From Haplodiscus bocki (Eukaryota): DNA of 64,000 bases. The notes under the pieces are model-generated. The model ran no database searches. It was not told where the DNA came from and was given only the letters and a program-made list of their open reading frames with translations. This document shows positions 1-12,151 of this stretch, one piece after another (position 1 is the first letter of the stretch; each line of letters starts with the position of its first letter). Position numbers and translations under genes: made by a program. The DNA lies in the NCBI GenBank assembly GCA_965655095.1, contig OZ296652.1, positions 64,480,001 to 64,544,000 on the forward strand. The letters are read 5' to 3'.

Positions 1-133
1 TTATAGTAGAAGAGGACATGTTTAATTGAGATGATATCTCTGTTTGTGTCATTTTTGGATTTTGATATTTAATATTCATGAAATCATTCATAAGCTTCAA
101 TTTATAATATTTAGTTAACATATTAGGATTCAT
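1..133 (-). CDS. HTH-domain protein of Polinton-like element A, truncated by the window edge
   Basis: Manual minus-strand translation from ATG at 133 gives MNPNMLTKYYKLKLMNDFMNIKYQNPKMTQTEISSQLNMSSSTI. The segment MTQTEISSQLNMSSSTI fits a helix-turn-helix pattern. Confidence 0.5.
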   Translation of the reverse strand, partial: MNPNMLTKYYKLKLMNDFMNIKYQNPKMTQTEISSQLNMSSSTI

Positions 134-353
134 AGTAGAACTTTTATTTATTTCGTTTAAAAAAGGAGTATTATTCTTTTATATATTCGAATAAGAATAT
201 TATTATAATTATGAGTATAAACACTATAAATAAAAGTAAAATTATATATATCCATAAGTTTTTATTTCGTTTATTTGTAGTATCAACAAAATTGACATAT
301 TCTTCAATCAAATTCGTTTTAATGTTCATTTTATATTGATTTAGTTGTGATAA

Positions 354-875
354 ATGAGATACTATTGTGATATTTGGTTAAAATATATTAAAAAGAAAAG
401 TAAACACTCTCATAAAAAATCTAAATCTCATAAAGAATTTGAAAAATATAAACATATAATATTATCATTAAAAAATGTTGACATAAAAGATGTTGATGAA
501 TTTTTATGTTTATACATAAAAGATTACAATAAAAAATATAATCAATATCTTTTGAAAGGTCAATTTAAATTAGTCTTTATTGATCAAGATTGTAAATATT
601 TAATGACAGATATGATTAATAATACAACAAATGTTTCATGGTCGAATTACATAAGAGAAGCGATAGAAGAATGTGATTTCAGTCATATAGCTGAGATGGA
701 TATTATACCACTTGCTCATAAATGTGATATGAAATATGATTTCTATTTAAAACATAATATGTCTGCTTTTGAATGGAAACTCAACGCTATGATTAACAAA
801 GATAAGAATCTAATAAATAAGTTTCCGAAAAATTGGAGACATTCTATTAATACAAAATTTAACTGTTATCGATAA
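354..875 (+). CDS. Zinc-finger protein (U1/matrin-like C2H2) of element A; homologue of the 31839-32384 gene of element B
   Basis: N-terminus YYCDIW...HKKSKSH aligns with YYCDEC...HLQSLTH at 31839. C-terminus MKYDFYLKHNMSAFEWKLNAMINKDKNLIN aligns with MTYEFRHKQPMQMVEMKLNVILDENPHLIN at 32196. Confidence 0.6.
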   Translation: MRYYCDIWLKYIKKKSKHSHKKSKSHKEFEKYKHIILSLKNVDIKDVDEFLCLYIKDYNKKYNQYLLKGQFKLVFIDQDCKYLMTDMINNTTNVSWSNYIREAIEECDFSHIAEMDIIPLAHKCDMKYDFYLKHNMSAFEWKLNAMINKDKNLINKFPKNWRHSINTKFNCYR

Positions 876-1200
876 TAATATATGTCACTGAAAATAATTA
901 CAAAATCTTTTATGATTTTTATAGGATAATGTTTCTAATAATTAAGAAGTCAAAGACTATTTTTTAGAAGAATTGCTCAAAATCGTGATTATATTCAAAC
1001 TCATTGTAATGATTTAAATAATCCATTTCATTCTGCATGTCGCCAATGGTATTCATATAATAATCCACAATTTTGAAAAGGTATACATGAATTCGAATAA
1101 GATTAATAAAATATGTATAGTACTCATAATCATATAATTATAAGTATACTTGTATGAATAATTTAACATATTTTTTTATTCTTTTACTTTTACAAATACT

Positions 1201-1550
1201 ATTTTGGCGATTTCTCGAAAATGATAACAGATACAAAGCTGAAATTTTCAACATACACTAATATTTTCACGAGCTATCCAAAAATATATCACACTTTGTT
1301 GTAGCTCAAAATTTTATAATCTCTACATGTTTAAGATATGTCGACATATACTGATTTTGTCAATTTTTTCGGAGATTATAATAGATACAAGGTTGAAATT
1401 TTCAGGGTTTACTAACTTTTAACGAGCTATCTAATAATATATCACAATTTGTTGTAGCTTAAAATTTTATAATCTCTACATGTTTAAGGTATATCGACAT
1501 TTTCGGTTTTGGTTAATTTTCTCGATGAATATTAAGGTATGTCGACATAT
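1201..1550. repeat. ~154-bp tandem repeat (about 2.3 copies) in the non-coding end of element A
   Basis: The block 'agatacaa...gaaattttca...cgagctatc...tttgttgtagct.aaaattttataatctctacatgtttaag' occurs at ~1229 and ~1383, followed by a partial third copy. Confidence 0.75.
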
Positions 1551-1619
1551 TACAACATACACGTGCACAAGACCATAATAGAATATGTATATTTATTCTA
1601 GTTTCTCGCTTTGTATACT

Positions 1620-1875
1620 GCCTCCTATAGCCTAGTGGTATTTGTAACATTGACTAAAGTTAAGACTATGCTTAATTGGTAGTCACAGTGTTTGGGGTTC
1701 ACTGTTAGCCAACGTCCCCCGGTCTGTGTTAACATCACGCAAGAAAGCTGTATGGAGGAACTGTCTATATCTTGATGCTTGAAAAAGCTGAAAAGATCGA
1801 TGGGGAACTCTGCCAGGAATGCTCACTCGAAGACAGCTGAAAACCTAGACATGAAAGTTGGCCAGTGGAGTTTTT
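1620..1875 (+). ncRNA. Candidate Pol III-type structured RNA, copy 1
   Basis: A-box TAGCCTAGTGG at 1628-1638 and terminal TTTTT at 1871-1875. Hairpins ttgac/gttaa and gctt-GAAA-aagc. Clearly homologous to 31303-31555 and 48676-48932. Confidence 0.55.
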
Positions 1876-1952
1876 GTAAAAATTATACGTATTTTAATAA
1901 TTTTGTTTTTACTTCTAGTTAAACATAATTTTTTAATTTCACGACTTCCCAC

Positions 1953-2110
1953 GAGCTTCGTAGAAGCGAGTCAAAAAAAGGCGAAGCTCAAAGAGCTGAG
2001 CAATAATATAAGTGACCGAAGCGAAGCGTAGGGAACGGCTATATTGTCGGATTTATTAGTAAGGAGCCGCAGGGGATTTACTGGTAAATCCGCAATATAG
2101 TATATTATTG
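1953..2110. repeat. Nested hairpin cassette with GCGAAGC mini-hairpin motifs; small non-autonomous element or element terminus
   Basis: gagcttcg...cgaagctc at 1953-1989. caataatata (2000) and tatattattg (2101-2110) form an inverted pair enclosing a ~23-bp stem, ctatattgtcggatttattagtaa / ttactggtaaatccgcaatatag. Confidence 0.6.
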
Positions 2111-2439
2111 ATGTTGTTCAGAAAACTGTCATAAAGTGACGGAACAAAATACAGAAAACATTGGACCTCTAGAATTAGTGCCCAAGAATTTAAGTTTCGC
2201 TATGAAAACTCTACATTTTTTCACAATATTCAAGGTGTATGCCCGGACGACAACACAAAAAACGCTTACTACTTTGTCCTAAAAAATACTTATATTTTGT
2301 GCCGTATTTTTTAGAAAATGAAAAGCAAAATTTCCCTCGCAAATCAAACGTTTTTTAAGCCAATGTTTGCCAATTGCGTTCACGCCACATCGGCCAATTT
2401 GTTCACATTTCTGAACGTGAAATTCTTTTGACCAAATAG

Positions 2440-2810
2440 TAACAAGTCTGCCGTAGAATGCGACGTAAATAGTGAGATTTCTCAAAACATTCAAAACATG
2501 GGTCTTTTTTGAAAAAAAAACAGATGGATTTTTCGAGAAAAAACTTGAATTATTTCAAAATCGCCAAAGATAGCAAACTTGCAAAAGAATGCCTATCAAT
2601 TGAAATTTTTTCCTAAAACTTTTTTTCCGCCCTCCTTAATTTTGAGGTTTTTTAGCAAAAAATCAGAAAACTTTAAACGTTGGAAAAAATAGAAAATATG
2701 ATGAAGAAAGTATGTTTTTTCGAGAGGAAGACGTTTTCATCTTTTTAAAAACCTTCTTTACAAAAATGGAAAAACGAAAAATATGTCGCTTGTAGCTGGC
2801 CGTCTTTTAA
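2440..2810 (+). repeat. Interspersed repeat, possibly a Helitron-like non-autonomous element; second copy at ~14080-14352
   Basis: Both copies share 'tttctcaaaa...aaaatcagaa...' and end in 'gtagc(t/c)ggccgtctt'. The family assignment is a guess from the 3' end. Confidence 0.4.
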
Positions 2811-5800
2811 CTCTAGTCAAATCATCGTCAGAAAGGGTCCTTAAACTGTTGCTGTATTTACGGCTTGAAAAAAGGTTCAAACTGCGAATCGAGAAGAACT
2901 GGCTGTAGCTTTAAACGTTATAGAATTCCTCCCAAAACAACGTATATCGAAGAGACGAACTCGCTTTGTTCACAAAAACAGTCATCTCGAAATTTTACGA
3001 CATCATGAAAAATTATTTTCCGCCTACCAATATCAGGAAAATAGTGGAAACAATAAAATATCAAAAGGATCGTGCAGCTATGAGGACTACCAAAAACTCA
3101 TTTACTCAAAATACCTTGGATTTGCCGTGCAAAACGATAATTTCCAGCTATGTGGAGAATTTTGAAACCAACCACATTCCATAGAACAAAGTAGGAAATT
3201 ATTGGAATTCATTCCACCAGGTTGAAAACACTTTAAGGTACTCCTTTGAGGTTCTAGCATTGAGAATGTTTTGTTTCGCTAGCAATCGTTGTCAATTTTA
3301 CGTTGTTTCGTGAAAAGGCCATATTTAGACCAGGCAAAAATTGATAAATTGAATCAGGAATTTAATAGCCAGGTAGCTGTCGTAGGCTTTGAAGATTTAG
3401 TGTTGAAGCAGAAAAAAGTAATTTAAAGAACAAAACTTCGTAATCTCAATTCAGACATTGCCCTAACAAACGCTGGACACGAAATCATTCTCAATGCATT
3501 TGAAGCCCTAAAACGCCTTGTGAGAAGTAAATTTTGTCAAGAACGTCACGGTGGTCAAGGTATATAGCCCCTTTTTTGCGACATCAATGGTTCCCTAATC
3601 TTACCTAGCTCTATAACAAAATCAAAGATGATGTCATGAATGATTTTCCATGGTCTCAAATGTAGTCATAAAAAATCTATTGAAAATTCCATGGTTATCG
3701 AGGAACTTCAGTGAGCGGCCATGTGTGCTTAATCAACATGGAACGAAACTATTCTCCAATCCGCTTGCGCATTTCATACAAATTTGGCAACTGCTCAATT
3801 TCGTCAAGTTACAACTAATTTCATTGTTTCAGTAAGAGTTCCCCAGTTTGTGCACAATATGTAATGGTAGTTTCTCAAAAAATGCCTGGAAATTTTACTG
3901 CCACTTTCAGTTCCAAAACCTTCACATAGTTTATTAACCTTTTAGGCCAAAAAATTGGAGACTACAAATTGATTAGACTAGAGCATAGCAACTTTTGACT
4001 GCAACTTGTCAATCTTCTCAATAAATAAAAAACTTTGCCTTTCTAAGCATATTACGGTCCTCTCCAGACATTATAGCATGAACTGAGCCAAAAAATTTCA
4101 AAAATGACAACTTTTGAAACGTTAAAACAATACAAAAAAAGCCAAAATTAATGAAAATGGCAAACTGAAGAGTTTTATAAGCAACCGAATGTCAAGTATT
4201 CTGATAAAACTAGTAATTTGAAAAACTTACTACTGAAAACACAAACAATTGGAGGACCTTAAACCGAGAAAATCATCCAAAACAGTCTCTTTCTCCCGTA
4301 AATTAAGAACCATAACCGTTCTATTTCTTTTCCAGAGTCTCTTGTTCGAATTCTTCATCACAGCACTGTAGAAACATTTTTGTTTCAATATCTAAAAACA
4401 TGATACAGTTGTACAGCGGCAACTTTTCGAGGTTATTCCTCCATTTTTTGGTCAATATTGTTTTGAAAATCGTTAAAATATTTTGGATTTTTCTGAAATT
4501 GCACCAAGAAGTTTTTTCGGACAATCTTACATCCCATCGCAGGCCCCCACTCAGATCCTTATTGGACCAAGCATGCAACGGAGTTATATTCTATTCCGTC
4601 ATCATTTATTACCAAAGGAACACCTTAAACTCAATCATTGGAGTTTTTCTGCGCTGGTTTGTCATATCTGCGTGAATTGTCGCTACATGTCTCACTCACT
4701 GACCATGAATCGAACTCGCTTCCAAGTTTCCGGCGATTTTTACTTACGATATTTCTACACCCCGTAAGTATCCTAATAACTGCCATATCGTGGAAACAAA
4801 AATTTTGGGATAGCTTCAAAAAGCAATGAACACCCGCCGAAATTTTTTTAACTGATTGTGAAAAACTAAGTCTGAAAAACTAGAAAATTTTCAAAAATGG
4901 CTCAAAAGAAACGTCTGGTTAAAATTTCGACAGCTTTGTTCCTTGTGTCACAACTCCAACTGATAGAAAAGGCCTAAACATTGCTATTTCTTATTTGTTT
5001 TCCTAGCCTTCAAACTAAATTTTTTTCTGAAATTTCAGGCTGGGATTTTGTCCAATGAAATTATTGACGGTTGTTTCCATTGCTCTAGAACTCTGACAGA
5101 CCAAGTTTTGAAAACTCCAAGAAATCACAATGACATAAAAATGTTCAATTTTCAAAGTCGCTTTTCGGTGACTTTTTGTGCTGTAAAACATTCACCACGT
5201 AATCAATTGGCCTCTTTTTATCTGTCAAACATTATTTGAGAAGAATTAGTACAGTTTCGTTCAAGGCATCAAAGCTCCGACAACCCTCAATATCCTAAAA
5301 GTGCAATCAATCACATTTTTTTTGGAAAATTCAAACCCAACAGTTGTGAGCGTATATTGCTTCCAACGTAATCTCAGTCCGCAGCTTTCACTTAGCATAA
5401 CGGTGTTTGAATACAACATTGGGACGGTTTTTTTCCTTGACCTGGAACTTTGAGACACAAAGTGCCACGCAGTGGATATTGTAAAGGTTTTCCCAACTTT
5501 GAAAATCATATTTCTCTGAGTCTACAGGCTGGATTTTCTATCAGGGCCCTAATAGGCGGCCCGTTTCATTTGGAACGGCATTCCCAAAGTATTTTCATGG
5601 CTGTAATGGTGCCTCAAGAACCTGAAAATGAAAAGTCCCAAAAGTAAAAATTACAAGGATTTTTGTGAAGTTCCAACTCGCTCATCTGAGAGTCTGCGAG
5701 CTGTACTTCAAAGATGAAGTTCTCATTCAGCAGGTAATTATTTGGAAAACCTTTTTAAAAAGCTATGTTGACGGTTTTGTTCCAAATATCAGATCTCTGA

Positions 5801-8800
5801 TGGGACAAAAATGCCAAAAAGAACTATTTTTTCCACAAAATTTCACTCAACTGAAAATCTGGTTTCCTCATTTTTTACAGCTGTGTTCCATCAATCAAGG
5901 TCGCAATTGGCAACTGTATATCTCGCAATTGGTTTTGGAAGACCCTATAGACGTTTTCATATTCTGTACCAGAATTCAGAAACCAAATATACTACAAAAG
6001 GCATTTTTAGACATTTTTTCCGAAAAAAACACATAGCTCTCCCAATTTACAGGTTATTGCTCCTTCAACAAGGTGTCAATAAGCAGTTTTTTAAGACGAT
6101 GCTTTCAAACAGCGTGCCCGAGTGTAAGAAGGGCATTTGTTTTGGTTTGTTTTTGAGGCCATCAAAGTCGATGAATTTAAACAACAAAATCTACCATTTT
6201 TTATTTTGCCTGTAGTTAGTCGTCCGTCCTCGAAAGAGCAATCCAAAGCTCAGAAACTTAGTATAGTAATTGCAAAAAAAACATAAATCCTGAACCCCAA
6301 GACCAACGTCCCAAAAATTTTGCAACAAACTTTTTTCGACACCAGTAACCGAAAGATTTTCATTACAAAAACCTTTACATATGTTGAGCCATACAAGCAG
6401 TGACGGCTTGAGCTCCTTCTGACACGTAAGCACTTCTTATTGAGTGGTTGTGGTGGTAATATTGCCAGCAACAGACCCTTGATAAGTCGAAAATGCCCAA
6501 ACCTATAAATTGCAGTCACTACTCTTGACAATCAATCCTACTTGACCAAACGAACAGGTAAGTTGCTTTCCAAGAGGACTTCAGCCAACAGTTATTGATT
6601 TTCAAAAAGCTCTATTAGTTGTAGTTTTGTCATATAATTTTTCTCTGCATCGGAAGGCCAAATATGTCAAATTGCGCAAAAAAACACATCGCTGTTCTAA
6701 TTCACTAGAATCACCCTCATTCTGGTTCAAAATTCTCGCCTGAAATTCTAATATCAAGGCCGCCACTGACAGTTTTCAATTTGAGAAAGATTTGCTGAAG
6801 AAAATTATTCGTCGAGTCAGTGGCTTCTTTTGGAACCTTGATAGGCCGGAGAGACAGAAAAATTAAATCAGTAACTTCTTTTCCCCATATTCAAACTCAA
6901 TTTTTTTCAATTAAAAACTGCAGGCTGGATTATCTTGGTCTGAATTGTCAACTTTTTTTCAGAAAAATCATCGTTTCACTGTTTTCCTTCGTCCGAAATT
7001 TTGAAAATCGAATAGGTGAACGGAAGTAAATGGCTAAGATTTTATCGAAAATGATACGCTTTCTTCAAAACCACTAGCTGAATTTTTTTCATCCAGGTCT
7101 CATTCTGTGTCTGTTTACAGAATGTTATTTGATAACGTAAGTGTGTGGGTTCCATGAATTAAAAATATGATAAGTAGTAAATGCAAGCTGGCAGCGAGCT
7201 GCCCCAATCACGGACGCTTGTATGACACAAAACTTCTGTGGAAGACTTCTTTTATCGAAAATATTGGTCCTTCTATAAAAAGCATCGGAGTAATACCGTT
7301 TTTCCTCTTGAAATTTTTGTCCTACAATGCCGAAACATTTTAGGCCTTATACAACCTTTCACAATATATTTTTCTCAAAAAAGACGTTCAAAAAGTTCTT
7401 TTTCCTTTTTCAAAAACTAGTTTTTCTCAGAGCTTATCAGGAAAAATTTTGTACCGAGAATCCAAAATTTTTCCAAAACCATGGTGTGGTGGTCATTTTT
7501 TGAAAAACTTTTCCACGTTCTTCGCTTCGATAGCCAAACTTCCGAAAAAATTGTTTGGTTTCTGTTTACGCGCAAATTTTTTTGTGTTTTTGTTATCTGC
7601 ATTTTGCTTCTATTTTACAAGTTCTACAGTTCTAGGGAATGGCAGAAGTCAAGCTGTAAGAAATTGTCCATAGGAGAAACGTCGTATACAGTGTGAATCC
7701 TTTGTTATCGAAAAAAAACTATGTACTTTAGTAGTCGGGTTTTTTTAGCGAAGTTAATAAGGAGCTAACTAAATTTAGAAATTAGCATTGATTTTTCTGG
7801 ATTTTTATATTTTTTTTGTCCAAAGATACCAGCTGTGCTTCTTGCTTCAAAAAAATTTATCGATATGTCAATTTTTCTCTGAAATTATCACTGTGAAGTC
7901 TTCATCGACGTATACGGACGGTTTTCCTTTAATAAAGGTAAATAAAACATAATGTTACCACTTCCGCCGAGTGTTCGACCATCCTATGTTTCCTCTATCT
8001 GAAGTTCCTTCCATCTGAGTTTATTTTGACATTTTTCAGTTGAAAGTTTTGTTTGGGCATAAACTCTTCGTTGTTGTTACTAGCGTCAGATTATTAAGAG
8101 TCCAAAAAACAAGAATTATTTTGGGGATTGCGTTTTCTCAAAATTCAAAGATTGAAAATTATGTCTCTGCAAAACTTATGATTGGGTTTCTTGCAACAAG
8201 CTCTTTATCAATATATGTTGTAAAATGTAACTCGATAAATTTAATTTTCATAATTTGGGTCTTTACTCGTATTGAAAACCTAACAGTCTGAAATTGCCAA
8301 AAATTGAATTCGTATTGGTTTTTCTCTCTAAAGCACGTTCCATCCAAAATACTGGGTATTTTTGTCAAAGTTATTTGATATATATTCAAGCAATCATTTT
8401 GTGCCCCTATCGACGGAATTTAGAGCAGCGCCGCTGCACTACTTCTTGACAGTTCAAAACATTTTTTCCCAGTAGTTTATAAAACTTTTTGATTACTTGG
8501 TAGAAGAAAATAATTTTTGATAGACAATCCAACGGCTTGGCTTCATAGACTTTTTGGATGATTCTTGAGACAAAAGAGACTTTAATCCAAAGATCTCATT
8601 GCTTAAAGCAGGAGTTCGTGTTTGGTCCCGAAGATGCTTTTGTCCCGGCAGTTTTCATCCTAAAATTCTGAAACTAACCAAAGGTATCAAGGAAACTCAA
8701 TTTTTTGTTAAATTTTCAGATTGCATGAATAACTTCCAACAGACATCAGTGTTAGCTCATTTAGATGTTTCTTGAGGATTTCCGATCACTTTTTCAGGAG

Positions 8801-9199
8801 AACATTTTCTCACAAATGAGTATCTTCTATTTTAAGGGCAACTACATTTTTGTACTAAAATATGTTCAAGTATAAAACTAATAACCCTCGTCTATATCAG
8901 AAACGATTCCGCTTTTCATGCATATTCTTGAGCCCTTCAGTGCACTTTCTGAAATAGCTTGCACTCTGTTGCAGTTTTTCAACAAGAAAACTCGAGCAAA
9001 GGTTGCACAAAGTGCAGAAAAATCCAACTTTCTTCTAGAACATCAAAAAAGATGAGAAATACCAGGAAAAAAACATGTTTCTACAAAACATCTGAATTTA
9101 TCTTTCCATGAAAAATGAGAAACTCATAGTCAATCAGTTTTTGACAAAGGATTAGGAGGATTTAAGAGAATATTTCCTCGAAAGTGTGGGAGAACTGCG

Positions 9200-10290
9200 G
9201 GGACTGGAGTCCGGGCCTGAACGTGGCGGCATTGGAAGTGTCATTGAACTTTCCACGGCCAAACAAGTGTACAAAAAAGTTGATCATTTTACGACTAGAC
9301 TTGTTGGAGTCTTGCAGAAGTTTTGACAGTTTTAACCTAAAGGCCTCTATCAAAATAATTTTAACTTATTTCTTCCTGGTTACAAGGTCCATCCTTAGCT
9401 ATTGCCTTTGGAGTTTTGTGGTTCCTATGTTTTGTTCTCTAATGCCAAACGTGCAAGTTTTGAGTTTTTGCTCTGAATTATTCAAACGGTTAATAGGTGA
9501 AACTCATGTTTTCGGAAGGACCTTCATTTCTTGTATTTTTCTTTGTAATGGTGGAGCTCTGAATTTGCTCCGACACGTGGTAGACCTGCCAGTGTCCTTG
9601 ACCATGTCAGGGCCGGCCGAGACTATGTAAAAGTTGAGCATGTCAAGATTTCACTTCTTAATTCTGGTTTTGCAAAGTTCCAACGGTTTTGATCTGATTT
9701 CACTTTTTTTCCAAGCTCTGTTTAGTTTAATTCTTACTGTTTACGAGGGCCATGTTCAATTGAAGCTTTTAGGGTCCTTGTGTTCCACTGGGTTTTTTTT
9801 GAAAGGTCGAGTATACTGTTTCTATTCTTTTTATTGTCCTAAATCTTTAAACTGTTTTCCCGTTAAAACCTATGTTTTCGAAAGGTTCTTCTTTATTTAT
9901 ACTTTTGTTTGTAATCATGGGGCTTTGAATTTGCGCCTGCACGTGGTGGCCCGGCCAGTTTCAGTGACCATGGCGCGACCAGCAAAGACTTCACAAAAGT
10001 TGAACATCAACAGACTGGATTTGCGAGTTCAAATTTTTTAACAGTTATAAGTCCAGCAATGTTTTTTTTTCACTTTACTTTTTTTATTTTGGTGCTATAA
10101 TTCATAAAGCGAAAAATCAGGCGCAAAATCAAAGCCCCACGATTACAAACAAAAGTACAAAAAACGAAGGACCTTTCGAAAATGAGCTTCACGGAAAAAC
10201 AGTTTGAAGATTTCAGACGAAAAAAAATACACTTCTAGCCTAGACCAAACAACAAAGTTTTTTTTATTTTGGTGGTATAATTCATAGTCT
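9200..10290. repeat. Three diverged ~360-bp tandem units plus an inverted partial copy
   Basis: The core 'acgtgg...tca.tga.c...aaaagttga.cat' recurs at ~9220, ~9575 and ~9940. 10118-10215 is the reverse complement of ~9840-9940 and is bracketed by a ~27-bp direct duplication, ttttttattttggtg(c/g)tataattcata, at ~10080 and ~10260. Confidence 0.55.
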
Positions 10291-10388
10291 TTCTTTTTTA
10301 GACGCTGTTGTCTGCTGTGGCTGATTTCATTTGGGAAGATGAAGCTTCCAGATGTTGCGAGTTTAATGACGGAGAAAACTGTCGCCGT

Positions 10389-10623
10389 TTTTTCCGATAT
10401 ACCAGCGTTAAAACTCGGCCGGTATTTTACTGGTATATTTTACTGGTATATGCTAACACCGCTATTTTTCCGGTAAAACGCCGTTAACGCCGCTATTTTT
10501 CCGGTTCAACGCCGTTAACGCCGCTTTTTTTCCGGTTCAACCCTGTTAACGCCGCTATTTTTCCGGTTAATAACGGCTTTTATGGCTAATTTTGACCGCC
10601 GTTAACGCCCTTATACCGGAAAA
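10389..10623. mobile_element. MITE-like element with internal ~30-bp GC-rich tandem repeats
   Basis: Imperfect TIRs tttttccgatataccagcgttaa and ttaacgcccttataccggaaaaa. Internal unit 'cgccgttaacgccgctatttttccggt' is repeated about 4 times. Confidence 0.55.
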
Positions 10624-11164
10624 ATTTCGGCCATTATTTCGACCCGGGTGGGTTGGGGCAGCAATAAAAGTTGGCATTTAATTTCAGAAAATTTACGCTT
10701 TTTCGGATTGCAGGGTATCATCAACTGCCTTGTGTTACATTTATGCGATACTGCTTCTCAGTACCGCACTCAACATGGTTGGTTAGAATTAGTAGAGCGT
10801 GAGCTCACAGATCTCCAAAAACATGAGCGCTGTACTTGAAGACTAAGAAATCAATTACCAAGATTTTATATTCACCCATATCTTTCAATATCTCTCGTTA
10901 TAACAGCGATCAAAATTAAAATTTATGCAGCAGATAGACTATACTGCGAGGTATGAGGTTGAGCGCTCCATTCGCGACGGTGAATGAATTTCTTAAGCTT
11001 CTTCAATCCCCGGAGAACCAAGCTCAGAAATGGCGTCGCAAATTAGAACTTGACAAAAATTTACGGAAAAGACGCAGTTTTCCTGCTCTGGACTTGTACT
11101 CAGAACCTTTCCCTTTTCAGAAGGAGAGACAGCAATCCTGCTTGTATCGGCAACACAAGAAAGG

Positions 11165-11415
11165 CGAAACAACAACAACAACCAAGAACAACCAACAACA
11201 ATTGACAACCAACAACTGGCAACCAACATCCAAGAACCAATAACAACAAACAACCAGGAATTATTAACACGCAGCAATCAAGAACTATTAGCAACCAAAA
11301 TGCATCAACCAACAACCAACAACCAACAACCGAAAAACAACAACCAACAACTGACAACCAACATCCATGAACCAAAAACCAACAACCCACAACAACAACA
11401 ATAGCAAATAACAAC
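11165..11415. repeat. (CAA/ACCAACA)n simple repeat in an intron or flank
   Basis: Long caacaac/accaaca run that produces spurious low-complexity ORFs on both strands. Confidence 0.85.
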
Positions 11416-11479
11416 ATGTAGTATAATGTATACGGTGTCACATTTTATGCTGGAGAAAAAAATTGTTCAGAATTTGAAC

Positions 11480-11770
11480 CTTGATTTTGCCAGCTTCGTC
11501 TTCGGCTTTTTCGCACAGACTTTCATATCTTTCTTGAATGCTTCCCAGAAACTCATCGACTGACTTTTTTCTATCTTCCAAAGCTTTGACTTCGTTTTTC
11601 AAAGCATCCCTTTCAGACTCGTGATCCTTCCTCATATCTTGAACAGAAATCTTGACTCTTTGAAGGTCATCTCTTGTCACTTGAAGTTCGTCTGCCACCA
11701 GTTTCAGAGCTTCTGCTTGCTTCAGAAAACACTTTTTGGCTTCCTCTTCTTCGGTAGTCAGTTTGGAAAC
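11480..11770 (-). CDS. CNTRL: Centriolin-like coiled-coil gene, visible exon 6
   Basis: Acceptor ttttttag|GTT at 11770 and donor AAG|gttcaa at 11480. Encodes the coiled coil VSKLTTEEEEAKK...KAEDEAGKIK, phases 0/0. Downstream exons were not resolved. Confidence 0.6.
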
Positions 11771-12045
11771 CTAAAAAACAAAGCAAATCAACACAAAACT
11801 AAAGCGAACAGGATGTTAACATGAATTATAAGTAGCCATGCTTTATGACGGAGGTCAGCAAAAAAGTGCTAGAAAATGGTTTTTTATCACTTTCCAGAAA
11901 CACATTAACCTTTTGAAAAAAAGTTGCTGTAGAGCTCAGGTTTTTAGAATAGGAAAGCAGTTTAGAAGTCGAACTTTAGAATTTAGGTAGTAAAATCAAA
12001 TCAAAAATTGATCAAATCCTTCTTTTGATAAGATTTTCATCTTAC

Positions 12046-12151
12046 CTGTTTCTCAAGCAGTTTCAGTTCATTCTCTCTTTCCTCAATTATTTGATCGTAA
12101 TCTTCCAGACTGTCTTGGATTTCGTTTTCTTCTTGTTTTGCTCGTTTCAAC
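12046..12151 (-). CDS. CNTRL: Centriolin-like coiled-coil gene, visible exon 5
   Basis: gacag|G TTG AAA CGA...GAG AAA CAG|gtaag, encoding LKRAKQEENEIQDSLEDYDQIIEERENELKLLEKQ. Phases 2/0 match the neighbouring exons. Not in the ORF track. Confidence 0.65.

Noticed and set aside
1620-1720. tRNA gene at the start of the conserved element
   Set aside because: An A-box is present, but there is no D-stem complement, no TTCRA T-loop and no acceptor stem of tRNA geometry, and conservation extends ~255 nt.
2279-9100. Many short ORFs of 60-134 aa
   Set aside because: They overlap on both strands, are F/K/L/I-rich as expected from AT-rich DNA, and show no motifs or consistent splice structure. Probably decayed repeats.
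10953-11441. Q/T/N-rich and V/C/W-rich ORFs
   Set aside because: These are translations of the CAA simple repeat. A terminal host exon near 10993-11120 is possible but could not be defined.
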